DNA of 64,000 nucleotides from an uncultured Candidatus Saccharibacteria bacterium (GTDB lineage: Bacteria > Patescibacteriota > Minisyncoccia > Minisyncoccales > UBA5738). Within the stretch, counting starts at the first letter, position 1, and the number at the start of each line of letters is the position of its first letter. The notes under the pieces are model-generated. The model had not been told where the DNA came from. It did no database searches and saw only the letters and a program-made list of their open reading frames with translations. The DNA lies in the NCBI GenBank assembly GCA_964623335.1, contig CAZUST010000003.1, positions 869 through 64,868 on the forward strand, written 5' to 3'. Made by a program: the position numbers and the translations under genes. Below are positions 1 to 7,514 of the stretch, piece after piece.

Positions 1-142
1 TCATAATTTGCGTATCATTGCGGCCGATGCTTTCAATGATCGCGAAAGCAGAAACAAACAAACCCGAAAACAACAACCCGATAAGCGCCAAATAAATCAC
101 CACCTCTATTAAAGTGAATCCTCTCCCCGCTTCGTTTATCAT
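1..142 (-). CDS. Type IV pilin-like protein, N-terminal part (runs off the window)
   Basis: Not in ORF track; ATG overlaps the upstream TGA (ATGA); reads MINEAGRGFTLIEVVIYLALIGLLF, a class III signal G|FTLIE. Confidence 0.85.
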   Translation of the reverse strand, partial: MINEAGRGFTLIEVVIYLALIGLLFSGLFVSAFAIIESIGRNDTQIM

Positions 143-1674
143 TGTCCGGTAATTATTGAAATATGGCTTTTCCCAGAACCATCAACCGACCCGATATAAA
201 CATAATCACTTTCGCAATCCAGCGCAGTTCCGCCGCTTCCACCGCCAACTGGTAAAGAAACGGTTGCTACCGGCAAATTGTCAGCCAGTGAACCAGGATC
301 GACGATATTGAACAGTTGCAGGTTACCGCCTTTAGAACCGCTACCCGTGAGAACAAAAGCCAAAGCGTTGCGCACAATTATACCGTTAACACTAAACGGA
401 TCGCTGATATCTTTATAGCCAAGCGGCGAGGTTGATGATGTTTGGCTTAATTCGGCAATGCTGGTTATGTTGAATTCCGGATGACCAAAAACGTAGCGAC
501 TACCCAAATATAAATTGTCGCCTACCACACATAAACTTTTGCCGTTCCTACCCGCTCCCATACTAAAATAACCGGCAAAAACCGGAGCTTGAGAATTATG
601 AATATCTAAAACCGTCAATTCCCGGCCATCGTCATCGGTTCCCAAATAAGCGTAATTGCCTCTCACATAAATTGATTCCACGCCACGTCTTACCGAATAG
701 CTGCCAATTAACGTTGGCGGCACCTCAGGAAACTTATGAACATCAATAATATTGAATTCTGGCCCGCTTCCGGTCTTTGAAAGCCCCAGATAAACATACC
801 CATTTTTATAAAAAATACTTTTCCCGATACCTTGGCCGCTACTGCCGTTTACGCCAGGGACCGGAAAACTTGATCTCAAAATCGGAACTGCCGGGTTGCT
901 AATATCAAAAATCTGCAATTGGCCGAAATTCGGATCGGTCACCGCAATATTTCTAGCACTGGCAATATAGGCATAGTTTCCAGCAACTTTCACCGCATTA
1001 ATACCCTTCACTGTTGTGGTCGAATTATCTATACTGCCTTTGTAGACCGGAGAAACAGGGTTTGAAATATCGAATATGAATAAAGTATGGTCGGTACTTG
1101 TCGCCGTGTCGCTGGCGGCGACATAAAGCATTTTTTGATAAGCATCCATATTTGTTATCGGATAATTGTCATCAGGCAAACCTGAACCCGATAAAATTCC
1201 AACAGACGACATTTTGTAATCTACCGGATGATCATTCGGCACCCAATCAAATGCAATCGCGGAATTGCAAGTGTCGCCGCCAACAGCGTTGTTGAAGTTG
1301 GTCACAATGGCGGTCAGCTTGGTTTCGCCGCGCCGGCCTGAATCTTCGGGAAATTCAACGTGGGCAGTCACCAGCTTGGTAAAATAATCTTTTTGTTCAA
1401 CATCAACCCAAGTTTTGAAGCCGTCGGCGGTCGTGGTTGCCGCCGCCGGATTCACCAGATTGAAATCCTTGCGGCTGTCGGCTTGCGCTTTTTCCAGCAA
1501 ACTTTGGGCGATGTTCAACGCTTCCGCGTTTGTCCGGCTGTCAACAATTATTGATTGGTTGCCAAACGAAACCGAAACCACCGCGGTCAGCGCCAATATC
1601 AAAATAAACATTGCTATCAGCATTTCCAGCGTTGAAAATCCTTTCTGATTTAATTTGTGATCGTTGTTTTCCAC
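139..1674 (-). CDS. Prepilin-type protein with LVIVD-like beta-propeller repeats
   Basis: KGFSTLEMLIA N-terminal motif; repeated GNYAY / FDISNP / LTVLDI units. Confidence 0.8.
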   Translation of the reverse strand: MENNDHKLNQKGFSTLEMLIAMFILILALTAVVSVSFGNQSIIVDSRTNAEALNIAQSLLEKAQADSRKDFNLVNPAAATTTADGFKTWVDVEQKDYFTKLVTAHVEFPEDSGRRGETKLTAIVTNFNNAVGGDTCNSAIAFDWVPNDHPVDYKMSSVGILSGSGLPDDNYPITNMDAYQKMLYVAASDTATSTDHTLFIFDISNPVSPVYKGSIDNSTTTVKGINAVKVAGNYAYIASARNIAVTDPNFGQLQIFDISNPAVPILRSSFPVPGVNGSSGQGIGKSIFYKNGYVYLGLSKTGSGPEFNIIDVHKFPEVPPTLIGSYSVRRGVESIYVRGNYAYLGTDDDGRELTVLDIHNSQAPVFAGYFSMGAGRNGKSLCVVGDNLYLGSRYVFGHPEFNITSIAELSQTSSTSPLGYKDISDPFSVNGIIVRNALAFVLTGSGSKGGNLQLFNIVDPGSLADNLPVATVSLPVGGGSGGTALDCESDYVYIGSVDGSGKSHISIITGQ

Positions 1675-1682
1675 TTTTAAAC

Positions 1683-2249
1683 TTAATTAGTCCAATCGAT
1701 CCGGCCTTCGGAATTGACCTCGACAACCGAACTATGCCCCATTCCATCGGTTATGGTCACGCTCGTGCTCGTCGCATTGGTTATGTTCGTGCTCGTCGCA
1801 TTTCCGTTCAACCGTTCAAAAATTATATCCATAGATGTCGCGGTGTCAACGTAAACGGTTTTATTGTCAAATTCAATAGCTTCATCAATCGCCGTATCAC
1901 GGCTTGAAAAACTCAATCCCTGGAAAATAACAATCTTGCCCTTATTCGGGTCGGTCTTTGAATAAAAATGCACTCCGTGGGATTTGCCGTCGCAGCAATG
2001 GTTCGGCTGCGAACATAAATTTGCGTCAGATGGAATGGTTCCAACGCACATATTGTTTACCGCCAAACTTCTCGCGCGCTGAAGCGCCGAAACAACCATA
2101 TCCCGATCGTTGCGGAACGCGCCGCCGCGCAAGCTTTCCATGCTCATAAACAATCCCAAAGCTCCCACGATCGCCAACAGCGCCATTACGATACATATTT
2201 CGATCACGGTAAATCCGTTTTTACGGGCGCAAATTTTGTGTAATTCCAT
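1683..2249 (-). CDS. Minor pilin / pseudopilin (FimT/GspH-like)
   Basis: NGFTVIEICIV motif, ALQRARSLAV, C-terminal VNSEGRI. Confidence 0.8.
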   Translation of the reverse strand: MELHKICARKNGFTVIEICIVMALLAIVGALGLFMSMESLRGGAFRNDRDMVVSALQRARSLAVNNMCVGTIPSDANLCSQPNHCCDGKSHGVHFYSKTDPNKGKIVIFQGLSFSSRDTAIDEAIEFDNKTVYVDTATSMDIIFERLNGNATSTNITNATSTSVTITDGMGHSSVVEVNSEGRIDWTN

Positions 2250-3489
2250 AAATCGGGGTAATGATAGATAACGCGATAAAACCGACCAATACGCCCATAA
2301 AAATCATCAACACCGGCTCAATACTGGTCGTCAGATTTTTGGTGGTGTTGTTCATTTCGTCTTCATACATCTCCGACAAATACATCAGGCTCGACCCAAG
2401 GTTGCCGGTCATCTCCCCCACGCTTACCATTTGCGACACCAGAGGCGGAAACAATAATTTGTCTTTCTCCATATTTTCCGCCACACCTTCGCCGCGCACC
2501 ACGCCCTCGGCAATTTTTTTGAAAGCTTGCCTATACGCCGCGTTGCCCATCGTGTCGCCCACGATATTCAACGTCTGGATGATGCCGAGTTCGCTTTTCA
2601 ATAACAAACCGAATGTGCGGGTGAAATTGGCGATGAAATAACAACGGAACATCGGCCCCAAGAGCGGTATGTTCAAGGTAAACCGATCGCTGGCGCGGCG
2701 AATCGATTCAACGCGCGACAAAAATCCCCATATCGCCAATAACAGAATAATTACCGCCAAAAACCAAAGCCAATAAGCCTGAGCCGCGGAACTAACGGCA
2801 ATGAGCAGTTTGGTGCTCCAGGGAAGCTCGGCTTTGAAACTGGAAAAAATCGGCAAAATCTTGGGAAACACATAAATCATCAGCATAATCACAATCCCAA
2901 CGGTCGCCACCAGAATAAACGCCGGATAAATCAACGCGCCGATGATCGCGTGCTTCAGTTCCTGTTTTTTCTTGGTCTCGTCGGCCAGATAATGCAAATT
3001 CTGCACCAGCGTGCCGCTGGTTTCCCCCACCATAACGATACTCACGCCGAAATGGCCGAAAACATTACTGTAGCTCTCCATCGATTTTGCCAACGACTGC
3101 CCTCTTTCCACGCCGTCGTGAAGAAAACCGATGATCCGTTGCGATCCTTTGGAAACCGACTGCCGCTTCAAGATGTCCAGCGCCGTCACGATCGAAACCC
3201 CCGATTTGATCAGGATCGCCAAACGTTTGGCAAAAACGATTTGTTCGGTCGCTCCCATTTTGGAAAACAACTGCGGACGGATTTTCTTGGCCGGTTTCGC
3301 CTTGTTCTCGCCGCGCTGCGACCGCGATTCCTTGGCGGCGATCTTTTTGACCTTCAATCCGAAAGAATTCAATTTCGCATTGATAAACCCAGCGGCGGAA
3401 CAACCGCTGCTCCCGACACGCACCAATATGGCGGCTGTTTGCGGGAATGGGCTTTTCGCGAATAACTTTTTTAATTTTTTGCTAGCCAT
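2221..3489 (-). CDS. pilC: Type IV pilus / T2SS inner-membrane platform protein PilC/GspF
   Basis: Two GspF domains (FAKRLAILIKSG, VGETSGTL, ALIYPAF, VGEMTGNL, IEPVLM). Confidence 0.93.
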   Translation of the reverse strand: MASKKLKKLFAKSPFPQTAAILVRVGSSGCSAAGFINAKLNSFGLKVKKIAAKESRSQRGENKAKPAKKIRPQLFSKMGATEQIVFAKRLAILIKSGVSIVTALDILKRQSVSKGSQRIIGFLHDGVERGQSLAKSMESYSNVFGHFGVSIVMVGETSGTLVQNLHYLADETKKKQELKHAIIGALIYPAFILVATVGIVIMLMIYVFPKILPIFSSFKAELPWSTKLLIAVSSAAQAYWLWFLAVIILLLAIWGFLSRVESIRRASDRFTLNIPLLGPMFRCYFIANFTRTFGLLLKSELGIIQTLNIVGDTMGNAAYRQAFKKIAEGVVRGEGVAENMEKDKLLFPPLVSQMVSVGEMTGNLGSSLMYLSEMYEDEMNNTTKNLTTSIEPVLMIFMGVLVGFIALSIITPIYGITQNLRP

Positions 3490-3498
3490 GGATGGTTG

Positions 3499-4707
3499 TT
3501 ATTCGTAGAGCATTCTTAGAATTTCCTCGATGGTGGTTATCCCCTGCCGGGCTTTGCTGAAACCATCCTCGATCAGCGTAAACATACCGCTTTCGGCAGC
3601 CACTTTCTTGATTTCCCTGGCCGCCGCCTTTTTCAGAATCGCGTCGCGCAGCGGATCGTCGGGCACCAGCACTTCGTGGATGCCCACCCGTCCCAAATAG
3701 CCGGTTTGGCCGCATTTGTCGCATCCTTTGCCGTAGAAGAATTTTTCCTGCCTTTCCAACATTTTTGCCGGAATCACATTGCTCAAACTTTTCGCCTCGG
3801 CCAAAGTGATATTGCGCGACTCTTTGCAGTGAGAACAGATTTTGCGCACCAGCCGCTGGCCGATAACCACATTGACCGTAGATGCGATCAAATAGCTCTC
3901 CACTTGCATATCCAAAAGCCGCGGCAAGGTCGTTGCCGCGTCATTGGTATGCAGCGTGGAAAGCATCAAGTGGCCGGTCAGGGCCGCGTTGACCGCGATA
4001 CCCGCGGTTTCCGCGTCGCGGATCTCCCCCACCATGATTATATTCGGATCCTGGCGCAAAATGCTGCGCAAACCAGTGGCAAAAGTCAACCCGGTACGCG
4101 AATTGACCGGTATCTGCTGTATGCCGTCGATCGCGTACTCAACCGGATCTTCGATGGTGATGATCGAAGTTTCCTCGGTATTCAAAGTTTTCAATAAAGT
4201 ATAGAGCGAAGTTGTTTTGCCGCTTCCCGTGGGCCCGGTGGCCAAAATCATACCGTAGGGCTTTTTGACCGCTTCTTCGATTTTACTGGCGTTTTCCGGC
4301 GAAAATCCCAGCGTCTTCAGGCTGAACGAGCCCGCCTTGTCGGAAAGCAAGCGCAGAACCGCGTTCTCGCCGTAATATGTGGGCACTACCGATACCCGGA
4401 CATCCAAAGGCCGGGCCTCCAAAACCATACGGAAACGGCCATCCTGCGGCGCCTGATGCTCATCGGTGCGCAATCCGGCAAGGATTTTGATGCGGCTGAT
4501 CACTTCGGAATGCATTCTCAACGGCAATTTATGGTAATCCCTAAGCCAGCCATCAACGCGGTATCTTACCCGGATCGAATCGCTTTGCGGTTCCAAATGG
4601 ACATCGGACGCCCGCAACCCGTGCGCTTCTTCAATAATCAACGCAACCAGTTTAACAACCGAGGTCATTTGCTCTTTGGCAAGTTCACTTTTTACGATAT
4701 CCGCCAT
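3499..4707 (-). CDS. pilB: PilB/GspE-family assembly ATPase, short form
   Basis: ASDVHLEP, RYRVDG, GPTGSGKT, TIEDPVE, LRQDPNIIMVGEIRD, CxxC...CxxC. Confidence 0.9.
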   Translation of the reverse strand: MADIVKSELAKEQMTSVVKLVALIIEEAHGLRASDVHLEPQSDSIRVRYRVDGWLRDYHKLPLRMHSEVISRIKILAGLRTDEHQAPQDGRFRMVLEARPLDVRVSVVPTYYGENAVLRLLSDKAGSFSLKTLGFSPENASKIEEAVKKPYGMILATGPTGSGKTTSLYTLLKTLNTEETSIITIEDPVEYAIDGIQQIPVNSRTGLTFATGLRSILRQDPNIIMVGEIRDAETAGIAVNAALTGHLMLSTLHTNDAATTLPRLLDMQVESYLIASTVNVVIGQRLVRKICSHCKESRNITLAEAKSLSNVIPAKMLERQEKFFYGKGCDKCGQTGYLGRVGIHEVLVPDDPLRDAILKKAAAREIKKVAAESGMFTLIEDGFSKARQGITTIEEILRMLYE

Positions 4708-4947
4708 AGTGTTAGGCCATCATTGGCCGTGTTTTTAATGAACATACCCTATTGTTTGATTTTGGACAAGACTTGACTTGTCCTTGACTTGTCCTATCAA
4801 GTTTTATCGAATTTATATTTTTTATAGCTGTTTCGTCTTTCGAAATACGAACCCCGAACGGCGGCTTAAAGGATTCTCATCCATCATCTCCCAAGAGCTT
4901 GTCCCAGAATTTACCTTTGGATAAACTATCGTATTTTGTCATACATA

Positions 4948-4982
4948 ATACGAAACCCGTCATAGTTTAAACCATGACGGGT
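4948..4982 (-). terminator. Hairpin plus U-tract; probable original terminator of the tRNA-Asp transcript
   Basis: ACCCGTCAT-N10-ATGACGGGT followed on the minus strand by TTCGTATT; 8 nt from the att core. Confidence 0.6.
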
Positions 4983-4990
4983 ACCGATAA

Positions 4991-5084
4991 GCGGGCCACA
5001 GTAGAGGATGTTGGAACTATTTTTGAAAGAAAAAATGATGCGACAATCTACATCCCTACTCTGGAATATGTGGAAAAATTATAA
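4991..5084 (+). other. Distal att junction plus displaced 3' end of the recombinase gene
   Basis: Core GCGGGCCA, then open frame RATVEDVGTIFERKNDATIYIPTLEYVEKL* in the recombinase register. Confidence 0.8.
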
Positions 5085-5162
5085 ATTTACCCTACCCTCC
5101 AATATACTATTTTATTAAGACGTAAATGATAAGTAGATTATACGATAATTAAAATATACTCA

Positions 5163-5576
5163 TCATTTTTTTGATAGTAGAGCAACTATTTGATACAAGA
5201 TATCAATGATTTTCCCCTGCATTTCAATGGTTCGTTTCTGTGATGTGATTTCATTCTGTAACGCTACAATCTGATTATTCAAGATATTATTGCTGGGGCA
5301 GGTATAAGTATTTATATATGACCCCCCATTGGTGGTTGTTTGATTCTGAGTAGCTGAATTAGGTATAGATTGAAGGACATAGCCACCCGAAGTATTATTA
5401 TCTCCCGTATCATAACTAACCGTAGAGGTAGCATTACTGCAAGCACCACCAGAGCAGGTGACATCTCCTCCGAGATTACCAGTATAATAAACCGCTTGCA
5501 TAGCAAACACATCTTGGGTATGAAACCCAAATAAAATAAAATTTAAGAGAGCCGCAATAATATAGATTTTTTTCAT
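5163..5576 (-). CDS. Hypothetical secreted protein with C-terminal coiled coil
   Basis: Signal peptide MKKIYII...VFA; Thr/Asn/Gly-rich middle; heptad-like tail. Confidence 0.7.
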   Translation of the reverse strand: MKKIYIIAALLNFILFGFHTQDVFAMQAVYYTGNLGGDVTCSGGACSNATSTVSYDTGDNNTSGGYVLQSIPNSATQNQTTTNGGSYINTYTCPSNNILNNQIVALQNEITSQKRTIEMQGKIIDILYQIVALLSKK

Positions 5577-5613
5577 TTTTTTATCATATCAACTTATTAT
5601 TTTTTATTATACC

Positions 5614-5737
5614 AAAAAACCACCATAATGACGGTTTTTGAAAACAGGATGCCATAGCGCAGAACATTAAAACTATTTTTGAACAAAAAAAAGATGCGAC
5701 AATTTATATCCCTAATCTGAAATATGTTGAAAAATAA
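5614..5737 (+). repeat. Second, diverged copy of the hairpin-att-recombinase tail unit
   Basis: 5670-5734 closely matches 5015-5078; encodes AIAQNIKTIFEQKKDATIYIPNLKYVEK*. Confidence 0.8.
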
Positions 5738-5762
5738 AACTTGCCTATAATATCACTTATAT

Positions 5763-5945
5763 TTATTTGCTTGTTGCTATAATGGTAGCCCAAGAGCCAA
5801 GAATAAGAGAGAGTATTACAACAAAAATCCAGTTAAAATTAACAACCGTGATTGTTATAGAAAAAACCCAAAGTAAAAGCGCAATAATTGGGGCAAGAAG
5901 TAAACCATAAAATAGAGTGCCAAAAAGAAATACATTAAACTCCAT
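5763..5945 (-). CDS. Small two-TM membrane protein
   Basis: Hydrophobic 60-aa ORF; ATG at 5945 preferred. Confidence 0.6.
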   Translation of the reverse strand: MEFNVFLFGTLFYGLLLAPIIALLLWVFSITITVVNFNWIFVVILSLILGSWATIIATSK

Positions 5946-6042
5946 AGTTTTGTATTTATATAATTTCGTTAAGAAACAAAATTGGGATAATACCACCGCC
6001 CCTTAGCCCAAATAATTCTAAGAAGTTTTTGCCCATATTATG

Positions 6043-6486
6043 CTATTTAATACGACATATTTTATCGCTATCTTTAACCATTGGTTTAAGCTTCTTAAGC
6101 TGAGGGAGCGAAATACTAACCTCACCAGCCCTTGTCGGTGTTCTATGGGACAATGACTGCCAAGGCAGTTTGCCATCGCCGTTGTAAATTTCCTCAAAAC
6201 TTCCGTCTGAATTGATTTTCAACACAAGCAACAAGTCAGAGGGGCCCTTCAAATCAACAGAGGTTCCTTGTGTTGCTTTTACCTGAACCTCTCGTCCGTT
6301 ATACTTACCGTCGTGTCCCTTATGAGAAGGCGAATAGAGCTCAACGCCATAGTAAAACTCGGCATATACCTCGCCTATGCTCCCAACCATATGTCCATCT
6401 GGCGTGAACGGCCTTTTAGTAATTACGGTTAAGCGCTTAGATGCTTCAAATATCTGCCTAATTGAATTTATAATTTCGTAATTCAT
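6043..6486 (-). CDS. Hypothetical protein, probable PD-(D/E)XK-like nuclease fold (DUF6998-like)
   Basis: TPDGHMVGSIGEV...HDG...VQVKATQG pattern; family recalled, not searched. Confidence 0.6.
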   Translation of the reverse strand: MNYEIINSIRQIFEASKRLTVITKRPFTPDGHMVGSIGEVYAEFYYGVELYSPSHKGHDGKYNGREVQVKATQGTSVDLKGPSDLLLVLKINSDGSFEEIYNGDGKLPWQSLSHRTPTRAGEVSISLPQLKKLKPMVKDSDKICRIK

Positions 6487-6517
6487 AATTTTTACCCAAC
6501 CCCGCCACACACTTTAT

Positions 6518-6955
6518 TTACTGATTAAAAATCAGAAATATTACTGCAAAAACTATTATTGTAAAAACAAAAAGTATAGCGAACGGGGCATAAGTAAGAA
6601 TTTTATCCATTGTCCGCCAAAAGGGGCTCCTCTTCTCGTTTCTTTTCCTTACCATCTCTTTTACATTCAAATGAGTTATCTCCTCCATACTTTTTATATT
6701 TTCATCTTCTGCCATCAAAAGCTCTATAGTCCTAAACCATAAACATAATGGCATTAAAAAAAGTAAAACTGAAATCAAGATTTTCACAAAGAAAGTCATC
6801 TCCAATAACTCATTATTGAAAGTTGCCACGACTAAAAGTGCGGCTGATAATCCGCTAACAATGGAAAGCGATTGCGATTTCTCGGCCATAACAAACCTAA
6901 GAGTTTCTATTCTTGCGTTAAGTCTTTCTTTGTTTGCTTCAAAATTATCGTTCAT
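6518..6955 (-). CDS. Hypothetical membrane protein (3 TM)
   Basis: Three hydrophobic segments. Confidence 0.7.
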   Translation of the reverse strand: MNDNFEANKERLNARIETLRFVMAEKSQSLSIVSGLSAALLVVATFNNELLEMTFFVKILISVLLFLMPLCLWFRTIELLMAEDENIKSMEEITHLNVKEMVRKRNEKRSPFWRTMDKILTYAPFAILFVFTIIVFAVIFLIFNQ

Positions 6956-6973
6956 ATTTTTTGCACCACCCCG

Positions 6974-7483
6974 TTACGCACTATTTCTGGTAAGGGCGGT
7001 TTTGATTTTTTGGGAAAGTTCGCTTGGGTTAAACTGGCCGTGGTTATCTAACCGCAACAAAGGGAGACCTGCACCTTTTAGGATGCGTTCAACCTCCCCG
7101 TCCCGCTCCTGCCTATCCGTGCGCCCGTGGGTGCGGTCATCCAGCTCAATCGCAAGCCTTGGTGCAATATAAGCCTTGTCGCACAGCACAAAATCAACCG
7201 ATTTCCCGTTAATATGACGAAAGGCGGCCTTCCAGTTCTGCCCCACAACCTTGTTATCAACGATTGATGAAAGGTGAGCTTGGGGAAAGATGTAAAAATC
7301 CCCGCCAACGGCATTTACCAGCGCATCATAACATTCGTGCTCCGCGCGAGACAGAAAAAAATCCTTTTTTTTGTATTGGTATCCCTTTTTTGAAATATCC
7401 TCTTCGTCTTGCGGCCTTTGGAAAAACTTAAAAAACAAAACAGCGGCAACTAACACGCCGAGCCAAATAAGTGAAGTTTCCAT
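6974..7483 (-). CDS. DUF2726-family protein
   Basis: N-terminal TM; LSRAE, KSVDFVLCD, AIELDDRTH, RD...AGLPLLR. Confidence 0.85.
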   Translation of the reverse strand: METSLIWLGVLVAAVLFFKFFQRPQDEEDISKKGYQYKKKDFFLSRAEHECYDALVNAVGGDFYIFPQAHLSSIVDNKVVGQNWKAAFRHINGKSVDFVLCDKAYIAPRLAIELDDRTHGRTDRQERDGEVERILKGAGLPLLRLDNHGQFNPSELSQKIKTALTRNSA

Positions 7484-7514
7484 AGTTTTAATTTTTACCC
7501 CACCCTACTTTTCA

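Noticed and set aside
1748-1802. 24-bp tandem repeat in the pilin gene
   Set aside because: Simple in-frame duplication (NATSTNIT/NATSTSVT); no sign of a diversification system.
4992-5737. The two tail copies as a DGR template/variable repeat pair
   Set aside because: No reverse transcriptase in the window and the differences are not confined to adenines.
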